The notes: generated from the sequence alone by a model not told the origin. A DNA stretch of 20,000 bases from an uncultured virus (IMG/VR IMGVR_UViG_3300000313_000091) (IMGVR_UViG_3300000313_000091), one strand, 5' to 3'. Numbered from the stretch's first letter, positions 1-8,947 are shown. Translations and numbers: made by a program.

Positions 1-1307
1 CATGCTCCGGTTATACGGCTTGCTATTGACTTTTTCCCCATTATCAAGCTGTATATATGCTCGTCAATAGTTTGATCGCCCAGCATTAAATATGAGCTTA
101 CAGGTAATTTCTGTCCTATTCTGTCGCATCGTGCTTCGCATTGTGTTAAGTCCGCATAAGTCCATGGCAGCTCAATGAATAGTTCTTCATTTCCAGATGT
201 TAAGGTGATTCCGACACCTGCAGCTTTGATGCTACAAAGGATTATTCTCGATTCTCCTTTTTGGAAAGAATCTATTGCGTATTGTTTGAGTATTTGTGAA
301 TCTCGGCCGGTGACTGTCACCGCATCAGGAAAAACTTCTTTCAGTCTATCTACGATAACATGCTGTGAGCAGAATACAACAATCTGTTTACTTATATCTC
401 TAATAAAGTCGATCGCAGCATCAACCTTTCCCAAACTAGCGATTGAACGAAGATTCATGAACTTGACTAATGCTTTCATTCGCATCTTCCGCCTGATTTC
501 ATCATCTGAACAATTCTTGTATTCAGAAAGATATTTTTTCAAGTCTTCGTAACATGTTTCATATTCCTCTCTATTTGAAATAGGGGTGATAATGGTGGAA
601 CGGGTAAGTTTCGGCAAGTCTTTCAGTACGTCCTTTTTCTCTCTTCGAAAATAACATGAAGCCTTAATTCTTTGCTGCAGTTCTTCCAAATTACCATCTT
701 CGCCATAATCGTGTAGGAATTTCCCATATCCTCCGAACTCTTTTATTCGTCCCATTATCGCTATTTGTGTAGCAATATCTGCCGGCACATTTACAACCGG
801 TGTTCCGGTAAGCATAATTACAAATTCTTTGCTGGCACATATCCCACGGACAAATTTTGTCTGCTGAGCACTTGGATCCTTGCAACGATGGGATTCATCA
901 AGTATAACCGACTTGAATAAGTTTATGGAGGGTTGAAAAATGACATCTTTTAGTCTAAAACCTTTTTTTGCCTCAATAACGAAGTATTTCCGTAGGCTTT
1001 CGTAATTGACTATGGCCACATCGTACATCTTCATTGTTAGATAGTAGGGGAATGTCGTTTTTATTGAATCAGTCAAGACAATCGGTCTTAAATTGGTAAA
1101 CTTTTCTATTTCACGTTCCCAATTTATTTTTAAGGAACTAGGACAAACAACTAATGTAGGCGTTGCACCAGAAATGGCAATGGTAGCGATAGCTTCAAAT
1201 GTTTTTCCCAAGCCCATATCGTCACCATTAATCAATCTCTTTAGTTCTAGACTTTTTTTTATCCCTTCTTTCTGATAAGGGTAGGGAGTTATCTTCAGTG
1301 TTTCCAT
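1..1307 (-). CDS. SNF2-family (SF2) helicase, 3' end beyond window edge
   Basis: Absent from the ORF track because there is no stop in the window. Manual translation from ATG 1307 is open to the edge: METLKITPYPYQKEG...GDDMGLGKT (motif I)...VVCPSSLKINW...ILDESH (II)...LTGTP (III)...AAGVGITLT (V)...QCEARCDRIGQ (VI). Confidence 0.93.
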   Translation of the reverse strand, partial: METLKITPYPYQKEGIKKSLELKRLINGDDMGLGKTFEAIATIAISGATPTLVVCPSSLKINWEREIEKFTNLRPIVLTDSIKTTFPYYLTMKMYDVAIVNYESLRKYFVIEAKKGFRLKDVIFQPSINLFKSVILDESHRCKDPSAQQTKFVRGICASKEFVIMLTGTPVVNVPADIATQIAIMGRIKEFGGYGKFLHDYGEDGNLEELQQRIKASCYFRREKKDVLKDLPKLTRSTIITPISNREEYETCYEDLKKYLSEYKNCSDDEIRRKMRMKALVKFMNLRSIASLGKVDAAIDFIRDISKQIVVFCSQHVIVDRLKEVFPDAVTVTGRDSQILKQYAIDSFQKGESRIILCSIKAAGVGITLTSGNEELFIELPWTYADLTQCEARCDRIGQKLPVSSYLMLGDQTIDEHIYSLIMGKKSIASRITGA

Positions 1308-1474
1308 TTCCAACCATTTAATTTATAAATTCGTTCCCTTGCAACTTCCGGATCGGTAAATGTTTCATGTGTGTTCCTTGCGGAATGGACACCATTAACA
1401 GGTTTCTCTACTTGGAATATTTCGTAAGAGTTCCCGTTTATTGTATAATAATATTCTCCAACTTTTCTATTCAT
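1295..1474 (-). CDS. Small hypothetical phage protein (59 aa)
   Basis: Manual translation MNRKVGEYYYTINGNSYEIFQ...ARERIYKLNGWKWKH. ATGA overlap with the upstream stop (1471-1474); overlaps the helicase start and fills the operon gap. Confidence 0.75.
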   Translation of the reverse strand: MNRKVGEYYYTINGNSYEIFQVEKPVNGVHSARNTHETFTDPEVARERIYKLNGWKWKH

Positions 1475-1893
1475 AAGAATTTATATATTTCTTCCTCAAT
1501 GTCTTGTTCGCTGCATTTAATGTATTTTGAAATCATAAGCTTTACCACACATTTGTAGAATTTCTCAAATTGAAATTCATCCATGTGTGCAAAATCGATT
1601 GAGTGATACATGATTACTCCATCGGATGATTCATCATACATGTGTAAATCATGTTTGATTCGGATAAGAAATGCTTCTTTATCGTATATCTTATACTCTT
1701 CAATCTTTTCATTCGGCATATTATCCAAAACTAGCCGGATTAAAGCGAAGAGTTTCTTATGGAAACGGATGTTGCGTACTTTCTTTATTTCTACGCAAAC
1801 GTCCGTCCCAAGTTTTAATTTCTTCTTATTGTCCAAATCTGAATCATATAGCGGAATAAGACCTTCGGATGTTACTCTACAATAGATCTTCAT
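1471..1893 (-). CDS. DUF1367/NinB-like phage recombination accessory protein
   Basis: RNIRFHKKLFAL and SIDFAHMDEFQFEKFY motifs; start moved to MKIY at 1893 because of the ATGA overlap with the upstream stop. Confidence 0.75.
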   Translation of the reverse strand: MKIYCRVTSEGLIPLYDSDLDNKKKLKLGTDVCVEIKKVRNIRFHKKLFALIRLVLDNMPNEKIEEYKIYDKEAFLIRIKHDLHMYDESSDGVIMYHSIDFAHMDEFQFEKFYKCVVKLMISKYIKCSEQDIEEEIYKFL

Positions 1894-2576
1894 ACGTAGC
1901 ACCAATACTTGAATGAGAGGTCAAGATATTTCTCTTTGCCTTTCTTATATACTTCACTGTCACGGGTGATCATTTTTTTGAATACTTTGAAATTCTTCTT
2001 ACTTATCGCATAGATGAAATCCTGCTTTGAATAATTCGGATTAATGGCTTGGGCGATATCCATATACCAGGCTCTTGATCTGTCCCAATCAAAAAAATCA
2101 ATTGATTGCTCGAATTGGTTTTGGGTGGTTGCAGCCGTTGTTTTTAAATCGCCTCCAAAAGTCCCGATCCACCAATCCCATTTACAACGTGTATCCAGTT
2201 CATAGTTAAAGCAAGCATATTCAAATTGTTGTTTTTCTTTTACCATGAACTTTTGCGTTTCTGAATTTGCCAAGACATATTTCAAGAAAACGTCTTTTTT
2301 AGCTTCATGGTAAAGTGCCTTGCGAAGCTCTTGAGCCCATTCAAATTCTTCTTGGGTGTATTGTTCTTCATCAACGGTATATCTATAGAAATTCACCTTA
2401 GTAGGTTCTGTAATGATGCCGTCAACCAATGTTCCCCGCCTGAATGCTTCTATGCGATCTTTTTCTTTGATAAAATTGAGTGATGGGTAAAGTTGATATT
2501 TAAAAGAGGTCAACGTTGAATTGCTGACCTCTTTTCGAAGATAGTATTCATCACTTGGAAGCTTTGACATCATCAA
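1890..2576 (-). CDS. PD-(D/E)XK exonuclease, RecE/ExoVIII (DUF3799)-like
   Basis: YY..VSNSTL, AFRRGTLVD, RCKWDW...GGDLKTT, WDRSRAWY motifs; close to recT. Confidence 0.8.
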   Translation of the reverse strand: MMMSKLPSDEYYLRKEVSNSTLTSFKYQLYPSLNFIKEKDRIEAFRRGTLVDGIITEPTKVNFYRYTVDEEQYTQEEFEWAQELRKALYHEAKKDVFLKYVLANSETQKFMVKEKQQFEYACFNYELDTRCKWDWWIGTFGGDLKTTAATTQNQFEQSIDFFDWDRSRAWYMDIAQAINPNYSKQDFIYAISKKNFKVFKKMITRDSEVYKKGKEKYLDLSFKYWCYV

Positions 2577-3714
2577 CGTATTTTATATAAGGTGATTCAA
2601 TAATATGATCATTTTTGTTTGCCTCTTTTTCACAAGCAATAATCATAAAGCCAAGTTTCTTATATAACTTGTCAATATCCATTGCTGCACCTTCCGATGC
2701 CCACCACATTTGTATAATGTTCATGAATCCCTGTCGATCAGTAATCTCTATTTTCTTTGTTACTTTCGCTTTGATAGGAGCGGATATTTGCTGCGCAAAT
2801 AGATTCTCGACGTTTGCAGTATTCTTTGCCAATGCAGTGGCTTGTTTTTCTTTTTCTTCATGGGCCTTTCGTTCCGCTTCTTTTCTAGCTGCATTCTCGG
2901 CATCTTTTTTTGCTAGTTCTTCTGCTGCTTCCTTGGCCGCTTCGGCATCAGTCTTTTTCTGTTCTTCGATTCTTTGAAGTTCAATTATTTTTGAAGGGAA
3001 CTTTTGAAGTATTTCATCCACAGTACCGGCAATATCAAAATTAAATTGATTTTCAATTCCTCTGATTGTTTCGGAATAGGCCTTATTTCCAACTTCCTTA
3101 TACTCTTCTTGAGAAAGGATGTCAGGCTTTGGTGGAGCTTTAAAGCATGTCCTATCAAAAACTAATGAAGTTCCTTGAATTTTCATTTTTACCTCTTCTG
3201 CATTATTTAGAGTGACGGATGAAAAGAGCGTCTGAATGGTCTTAATCGTTTCTTCTATGGCTCTGTTTCCTGCTTGCTTTAAAGTTTCTATCGTGTCATT
3301 GCGAAGATTTTCTTTTGTCTGAGATATTAGAAGTTTCCTTTCTGCTTCTTTTCTGGCTTTCTCGGCTTCTTCCAATTTCTTTTTGGCATAATCATCACGC
3401 ATTTTTTGGAGTTCTTCGATTGATCCCCCTTTCAGATAGTTTTCCAAAGAAGTAAAGCCAGCACGAATCTTATCAAAAATTTGTGTCACAGGTTTACGCC
3501 TTTCGTTCATCGTCTTTATCGTTGTGTTTGTTTTGGCAAGGAACTTTCTTATTTCTTCGTCCAATTCATCATTCATGCCGGATTTAGCTTTCTCAAGAAG
3601 TCTGTTGCCATAAGCCATGCAGTTTTTAGCACTTGTTTGGTTTCCAGCAATAGCATTCATTGTGAGTTCTTTTATCTCACTTATTCCTTCGACTTTTATC
3701 AATTCATTTTCCAT
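2551..3714 (-). CDS. Coiled-coil phage protein of the recombination module
   Basis: 387-aa E/K/A-rich helical ORF between recT and the exonuclease. Confidence 0.7.
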   Translation of the reverse strand: MENELIKVEGISEIKELTMNAIAGNQTSAKNCMAYGNRLLEKAKSGMNDELDEEIRKFLAKTNTTIKTMNERRKPVTQIFDKIRAGFTSLENYLKGGSIEELQKMRDDYAKKKLEEAEKARKEAERKLLISQTKENLRNDTIETLKQAGNRAIEETIKTIQTLFSSVTLNNAEEVKMKIQGTSLVFDRTCFKAPPKPDILSQEEYKEVGNKAYSETIRGIENQFNFDIAGTVDEILQKFPSKIIELQRIEEQKKTDAEAAKEAAEELAKKDAENAARKEAERKAHEEKEKQATALAKNTANVENLFAQQISAPIKAKVTKKIEITDRQGFMNIIQMWWASEGAAMDIDKLYKKLGFMIIACEKEANKNDHIIESPYIKYVDDVKASK

Positions 3715-3725
3715 AGCCTCATAAT

Positions 3726-4631
3726 TTAAAAGGGTTCATCTTCCTTTAATTCTATATGTGCACCAGTTGTCTTGACTTCTCCAAACGGTACATCTTCATC
3801 TTTTTTTTCTTCTCTAGGTTGGTTGTCTTCATCCGCTTGCATAACAGCACCGTCTCCAATGGCTATTCGTGGAAAGTTTTTGAAGGCATGCTTTATTACC
3901 TTAGCACATAAGAAACCGGTATCAATATCCGATCCGTCAGAACTATGACCATATAGCGCGTTAGCTAATCCATCGACTCTCGTCCCGTGTTCCCAATGTC
4001 CATTGTTTTTCTTGGAATAGCCAATCAAGCGTTGGATATCTTCGAGCACCATTACTTTATAATCGGATGAACCGTCCGGTCGTACAAGCTTAATGAATGC
4101 ACCTATTATTTTTGCATTTGCGGGACGGGGATATTTCATCATATACCGTACGATTGTTTTATCATTTTCCTCTCCGAAGCTGAATTCATCACAATTATAT
4201 ACGATCTTCGGGTTGTCCGCATATTTTATCTGGCCAGCACGTTGTCTTATTAGGAGCTCGCCGTAACCTGATATTTTTAGTACGGCCATCTTTTCATAGA
4301 TGGCTTGATCTTTCCCGTCTTTTACTGGCTTTGTGCCAACCTTTACACTAGAAGCTTCAACATAGGCTTGCGTGGAGCTGTTTTTCTCAATGCTTATCCC
4401 ATTAACTGCAATAGATATAAAAGCATTGAATAAAGACATATTAGAGCACTTTTTCAACTCTTCGGATGATCTTACTATCTGATTGAAAAGTTGAGCTTGT
4501 TCGTTATAAAAAGATTCTGCCCCATCGTTACCGAATTTGGAGCCGTAAATGATTAGGAACTTTTCTTTTGTCTTGTCCAGTGTTGCCACTTCTTCGGGTT
4601 TCACTCCATTTAAAAAATCGAATATGTCCAT
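3726..4631 (-). CDS. recT: RecT-family single-strand annealing protein
   Basis: LKKCSNMSLFNAF, LKISGYGELLIRQRAGQIK, IVYNCDEF, IIGAF, AKVIKHAFK motifs and an acidic tail ending in PF. Confidence 0.8.
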   Translation of the reverse strand: MDIFDFLNGVKPEEVATLDKTKEKFLIIYGSKFGNDGAESFYNEQAQLFNQIVRSSEELKKCSNMSLFNAFISIAVNGISIEKNSSTQAYVEASSVKVGTKPVKDGKDQAIYEKMAVLKISGYGELLIRQRAGQIKYADNPKIVYNCDEFSFGEENDKTIVRYMMKYPRPANAKIIGAFIKLVRPDGSSDYKVMVLEDIQRLIGYSKKNNGHWEHGTRVDGLANALYGHSSDGSDIDTGFLCAKVIKHAFKNFPRIAIGDGAVMQADEDNQPREEKKDEDVPFGEVKTTGAHIELKEDEPF

Positions 4632-4633
4632 GA

Positions 4634-4840
4634 TTATTGTTTTTTGTATGATTCCATTATGATTTCAACTGCTGAAAGATGTCTTTTCATTTGTTCATTT
4701 TCCTTTTTATAAGTGTCATTCCAATATTTCAAAGAAGAGTTTTCACCGATCAGTTTCTTATTGGATTCAGATAATTTCTGATTCTCATTTTTCAGTTCTT
4801 CGATAATGTCGGATTTTCCTTCTTTTAATTCAGATTCCAT
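4634..4840 (-). CDS. Small coiled-coil hypothetical protein
   Basis: 68-aa ORF tightly packed in the operon. Confidence 0.7.
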   Translation of the reverse strand: MESELKEGKSDIIEELKNENQKLSESNKKLIGENSSLKYWNDTYKKENEQMKRHLSAVEIIMESYKKQ

Positions 4841-5055
4841 TTCTTTTCCTCCTGTTCTTTTAATTCTTTAGTTATTTTCTTGAGCTCTTCCTCGGATATG
4901 ATATTTATATTTTCTATGGATAAAGCACATCTACATCGTTTCTTAATGTCAGATTCTATTTCATTGATATTTATTATCCCGCCCTTGGCTTCTACCAAGG
5001 CAATTCCTTTTTTCCCCTTTTCACCAGAAAAGGAAACGATCATATATCTATTCAT
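4825..5055 (-). CDS. Hypothetical phage protein
   Basis: 76-aa ORF overlapping both neighbours in the operon. Confidence 0.7.
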   Translation of the reverse strand: MNRYMIVSFSGEKGKKGIALVEAKGGIININEIESDIKKRCRCALSIENINIISEEELKKITKELKEQEEKKWNLN

Positions 5056-5455
5056 GTAAATAAGATTTTATTTCTTTTATAAATTCGTATATGGAGTGAC
5101 AGATAACATATTTACTGCCGTTCTTTTCAGCTTCTTCTTGCCATTCCTTTTGTGCTGGCGACTGTTTACCTTGTGGGGTTTTCATTTCGATACAAAGTCC
5201 GCCGTAATGCTTATTCCCCTTTAATAAGATAAGGTCTGCAACTCCAGATGTAACGCCTTCATCTTTTAAGTTTTTGGCTGTTATTTTATCACGCCAACTT
5301 CCGTTAGGAATAGCAAAAAGTACTTTTGATAGGTAAGGGTATTGGTAACGAAACCAATTAACACAAGAAACTTGGATATTATGTTCTCCATTACCGTGAC
5401 TTCTTTTTTGTTTGGGAAGCTGCTTCATCATTTCGTCAAAAATCATCTCTCTCAA
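5048..5455 (-). CDS. VRR-NUC domain nuclease
   Basis: EHNIQ..C..WF, LFAIPNG, GVTSGVADL, IEMKT..GKQSPAQKEW motifs; start uncertain (TTG 5455 or ATG 5446). Confidence 0.9.
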   Translation of the reverse strand: MREMIFDEMMKQLPKQKRSHGNGEHNIQVSCVNWFRYQYPYLSKVLFAIPNGSWRDKITAKNLKDEGVTSGVADLILLKGNKHYGGLCIEMKTPQGKQSPAQKEWQEEAEKNGSKYVICHSIYEFIKEIKSYLHE

Positions 5456-5458
5456 TTC

Positions 5459-5752
5459 TTATAGTTTAAAGTATCTGTTGGCCGCCCTTTCATCGTGCGA
5501 CTTTATAATGTTTATTAATCTTGTTTGTTTCTGTCTAAAAGATAAATCATCATCAAAATGACTATGACAGTCTCGGCACCCAGCAATAATATTCCATCTT
5601 TCAGTATAATATTCAGGATATTCACTCCTAGGGAGCATATGCATCAGATCACTTGCCGGTTTTCCACATATTTCACAGAACCGCGGAAGTTCTTTTCTTA
5701 TTTTATCAAGCTCTCTATTTTTAGCAGCTTGTTTCTTACTCACTTTTTTCAT
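5459..5752 (-). CDS. HNH-type endonuclease
   Basis: CEIC...H.LPRS...NIIAGCRDCH zinc/HNH pattern; start moved to MKKVSKK (5752), downstream of the hairpin. Confidence 0.75.
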   Translation of the reverse strand: MKKVSKKQAAKNRELDKIRKELPRFCEICGKPASDLMHMLPRSEYPEYYTERWNIIAGCRDCHSHFDDDLSFRQKQTRLINIIKSHDERAANRYFKL

Positions 5753-5755
5753 AAT

Positions 5756-5788
5756 AAAAAAGCCCGTCACCCTTTCGGGAAACGGACT
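5756..5788 (-). terminator. Intrinsic terminator between antirepressor and HNH genes
   Basis: Minus strand AGTCCGT-TT-CCC-GAAA-GGG-TG-ACGGGCT followed by a T run. Confidence 0.7.
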
Positions 5789-5815
5789 AAAAATCAAATT
5801 ATATGGCTAACTAAT

Positions 5816-6577
5816 TCAGGCCGCGATTTTAGAATTGTAGATCCTTAATATGAATTCTTTTCCTTTTTCAGTCCAATACATATTCTGGCGTGTTTTTATT
5901 TCACCATTAGTGGCTGTGTATGGATAAGGTTTATGTTCAGTATATCCTTTATCCCTATATTGTGAGTATAGGTAATAAGTTCCACTTTGTTTATATTGTA
6001 TATTCCATTGGCACAATAATTTATTGAGTTTGATATGTGATATTCCAAGGAATGCCGCAATCATATTTACGGTCAATAGCCCTTTACTAGATAAAACCTT
6101 GTCGCAATATTCAACTTTTGGAGCGGATATCGTTAACTGTTTGGCTTGTTCTTCATTCTGTAGTGCCAAGCGTGCCTTTTCCGCTCGTTCCTCTTTTAAT
6201 TTAGTAGCAAGGCTTATGACGAGATCGGGATTTGATACTACTTCCTCTATCGTTTCAGGTGTCATATAGGCTCCATGTTTACGGATAGATGGAAGAACAT
6301 CACTCGTTACCCATTTGCGAAAAGGCTTTGCATTTTCAGATTGAGATTTCAATATAAGTTGATACAGTCCCGATTCATTGACATATTTAAATACGCTATT
6401 TTTAGGGGTACACACAATTTGTGTATCTTCTTCATCAACACATCTAAGTGCTGTATATCCATCTCGGTAGCCTAATATTTTTGCTAAATCTGTTCCATTA
6501 AATAGTGGTTGCTCGCATGTTCCAGTTACTCTTACTTCACCGAAAGTGGCATTACTAAATATTTGTATATTATTCAT
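5816..6577 (-). CDS. Phage antirepressor, BRO-N plus KilAC domains
   Basis: IQIFSNATFGEVR...VNESGLYQLI...AKPFRKWVTSDVLPSIRKHGAY; C-terminal APKVEYCD...WTEKGKEFI; start moved to MNNIQIF (6577). Confidence 0.92.
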   Translation of the reverse strand: MNNIQIFSNATFGEVRVTGTCEQPLFNGTDLAKILGYRDGYTALRCVDEEDTQIVCTPKNSVFKYVNESGLYQLILKSQSENAKPFRKWVTSDVLPSIRKHGAYMTPETIEEVVSNPDLVISLATKLKEERAEKARLALQNEEQAKQLTISAPKVEYCDKVLSSKGLLTVNMIAAFLGISHIKLNKLLCQWNIQYKQSGTYYLYSQYRDKGYTEHKPYPYTATNGEIKTRQNMYWTEKGKEFILRIYNSKIAA

Positions 6578-6652
6578 TTCTCTTAAATAATAAAGGGCAA
6601 AATAAAGAATGCCTATGGATTGCACTCTGAATCCAATGCCCTATAAATATCC

Positions 6653-7390
6653 TTATTGCTCGATAATAACGATGTCAGGACAAACTAAGTTGATCCTTTG
6701 CAAAACAGAATTAATCATGTCGTCGCGTTCTTCTTGAATAATGTCATTTGCTTCAGGCGACACAAGTGTACAGGTAAAATCATCCGGATTAACATAAACC
6801 TCACATTCTACTTTCTGTTTTTCTTGCCCTTTAAAAATAGGAATGATCAGTGAAAACGCCTCCGGCAAGTTACTTTCTACAATCTGATTAACTAGAATTT
6901 TTCTATTGCCACGCGTATCATCTGAGTGTTCAAGATCTTTGTCCACTTTTGCCTTGAAATTACGAAGCTGTGTAACAAGATTCATTGCAATTTGACGATT
7001 TTCAAAGAAAGTTCTATTCATCTTAATTAGCTCTGCCATTTCAAAGCTGGTAATATATTCTCCGCCATTAATGCCGAATTTCTTGTACTCCTCTGATTCT
7101 TCAAGTTTACCGGTAATAGTACTACCATATGCATTGTTTTCATCACATTTAAGCATAATCATAAGTTGTTCACGATTCACAATAATATGGCCCGATTTTT
7201 GATTAATCATATTAATTCTATTACGTGTTTCAAGCCACCGTGCTGGAGCATCAATAGTCCCACAAATGTTAACTTGCAAAGGTTCTTTAAGATCCAATGC
7301 TTTACCTTCTCTAAATGTAAATTCTGCACATCCTGATAGAAAACTTTCTGCTATATGTTCCGAAATTTCTTTTTTTACTTCTTTTTCCAT
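6653..7390 (-). CDS. Conserved phage early protein (possibly DUF2303/YfdQ-like)
   Basis: 245-aa ORF with LPEAFSLIIPIFKG motif; family call tentative. Confidence 0.65.
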   Translation of the reverse strand: MEKEVKKEISEHIAESFLSGCAEFTFREGKALDLKEPLQVNICGTIDAPARWLETRNRINMINQKSGHIIVNREQLMIMLKCDENNAYGSTITGKLEESEEYKKFGINGGEYITSFEMAELIKMNRTFFENRQIAMNLVTQLRNFKAKVDKDLEHSDDTRGNRKILVNQIVESNLPEAFSLIIPIFKGQEKQKVECEVYVNPDDFTCTLVSPEANDIIQEERDDMINSVLQRINLVCPDIVIIEQ

Positions 7391-7422
7391 GATTATATTT
7401 ATTATGTTAGTTGATAATTACG

Positions 7423-7860
7423 TTAGTTAGTCCCCGTTGCTTGCAAGGCATTGCGTCTTAATTCACCTTGTATCGTGCCTTGCATCTCTTTTGGGGATGA
7501 TTTTCGTAGATAAACGAGTTTACCCTCATTGTTATAATAACCGGTTTCTCCGTTCTCGGTGAATTTGAAACAAGCTTCTGTAACGAGCTCTGCTTTGGCT
7601 TTCATTTGTTGTATCAATTCATCCATTTCTTTTTCGAGGCTTTTTAATTGCTCTGAATATCCTTTCATAGCTTCCTTTTTCTCCTCGGTTACATCATGAA
7701 CTTTTATAGCCATTCCGGCTAATTGTTCTTTTACATCTTCCATTTTGGCGAGTGAGAATTCTTTTGAGTAAGTTAAACTCTCGACAGCATCGCAATTGTC
7801 TTTCAAAAAGTTTGTACGTTCCAATCCGGAAGTATACTCATGTCCTAATGTTTTATTCAT
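7423..7860 (-). CDS. Hypothetical phage early protein with central coiled coil
   Basis: 145-aa ORF with AT-rich leader, co-oriented in the operon. Confidence 0.75.
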   Translation of the reverse strand: MNKTLGHEYTSGLERTNFLKDNCDAVESLTYSKEFSLAKMEDVKEQLAGMAIKVHDVTEEKKEAMKGYSEQLKSLEKEMDELIQQMKAKAELVTEACFKFTENGETGYYNNEGKLVYLRKSSPKEMQGTIQGELRRNALQATGTN

Positions 7861-7892
7861 TTCGTTTATATTTTAATTAAATAGTTACTTGC

Positions 7893-8108
7893 TTATATTT
7901 TTGTAATATCATTGTCTGATGCGACACCTCTTAAGACATTTCCATCAACCATAATCCGATATACTTTTCCAAATCCATCCTCTAAGGAGAAAGAGGCATA
8001 TACTTTTTTTATTTGTGCGACTTTACCAACCATATTAGGTTGTAGATCGTTTGAGGTGATTTTTACTCTATCACCTACACATAATTCTTTACCTGTTTCT
8101 ACTGCCAT
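7893..8108 (-). CDS. Small KOW/SH3-like beta-barrel protein
   Basis: VGDRVKI...GKVAQI pattern, 71 aa. Confidence 0.65.
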   Translation of the reverse strand: MAVETGKELCVGDRVKITSNDLQPNMVGKVAQIKKVYASFSLEDGFGKVYRIMVDGNVLRGVASDNDITKI

Positions 8109-8135
8109 TATTTTATATTTAAATGATTAATACTC

Positions 8136-8170
8136 AAATAAAAATGGAGCTCGGATGATTCCAAGCTCCA
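8136..8170 (-). terminator. Intrinsic terminator in early-operon leader
   Basis: Minus strand TGGAGCTTGG-AATCAT-CCGAGCTCCA-TTTTTATTT. Confidence 0.7.
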
Positions 8171-8263
8171 TGCAAGAAGAAAATTTACCTAATGCCTTAT
8201 GCAATTCATTCCATGGTGAGTATCAAACCCATACCCCAATCTGCTTGCATATTTTTCATATGA

Positions 8264-8426
8264 TTGTGGGCAAAGCGGGGTTCGAACCCGCAGAAGTATC
8301 GTCGACGTTATGTTTTCGCAAAGCTACTCGCATTAATAGCCGCACCGGTCTTCATGATATTCAAGTTATGTACAACTCACTTGAATTAATTCATTGAGCC
8401 TGTTTTTCCGTAATGCTCATTTGCCC
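8264..8426 (-). ncRNA. Expanded tRNA-like element (~160 nt)
   Basis: Acceptor GGGCAAA(8426-8420)/TTTGCCC(8274-8268); T arm GCGGG-TTCGAAC-CCCGC; D-like GAGC/GCTC stem; oversized central arms; no canonical anticodon loop. Confidence 0.6.
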
Positions 8427-8653
8427 GTTTGCCCGCCAAGAGGCGACGGGCTTAACCTTTTACCAAATAACTTCTTGCGATGTAGAACCAAGTAGGAGAC
8501 TTTCGCTACACTTGTCTTTTTATTCAAAAACGAATAAATCTTTGTATGAAGACATAAATTTTAATAAAGCGTCTTCATTTTTCTTTAGTGCGAAGTTTTT
8601 AGTTTCCCTTTACATCCCTTTTTTTGTTATGTATTAATTCATGGATTGCCACG

Positions 8654-8947
8654 TCAGCTGTTTACTTGACTAGGATCTACTGTTCCAACTGCTATATCCG
8701 ATGGACTTGGCTCACTAGATAGGGGAGGCGTAGGCTCATTTTGTGTATCAGTATTGGATGGAGTTGCATCTATTTTTCCACTTATCGAACCGTCTGTCTC
8801 TTCGATAGACTTGTTTGGATCCATCGCTACTTCATTCCTACTACAGAATTTGTAGTAAACATTAGCTAGACTAATGATACTTTCATTTGGTTTTGCTTGT
8901 GTTGCTGCCAAATACAAACATTTTAATCTTAACTTTTTACCGAACAT
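8654..8947 (-). CDS. Hypothetical protein with S/P/T/D-rich disordered tail
   Basis: 97-aa ORF with AT-rich leader, co-oriented with the early operon. Confidence 0.55.
   Translation of the reverse strand: MFGKKLRLKCLYLAATQAKPNESIISLANVYYKFCSRNEVAMDPNKSIEETDGSISGKIDATPSNTDTQNEPTPPLSSEPSPSDIAVGTVDPSQVNS

Noticed and set aside
961..1260. Possible frameshifts at poly-T runs in the helicase
   Set aside because: Counting the 7-nt and 8-nt runs shows the frame is preserved.
175..1885. Plus-strand ORFs (175, 1093, 1367, 1610, 1671) and minus ORF 691-885
   Set aside because: Shadows or alternative frames of the helicase and neighbouring minus-strand genes.
2615..8130. Plus-strand ORFs at 2615, 3481, 5558, 6024, 6275 and 7912
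   Set aside because: Antisense shadows of well-supported minus-strand genes.
8264..8426. Calling this a functional tRNA, tmRNA or intron-containing tRNA
   Set aside because: No 7-nt anticodon loop, too short for tmRNA, and no recognisable group I intron core.
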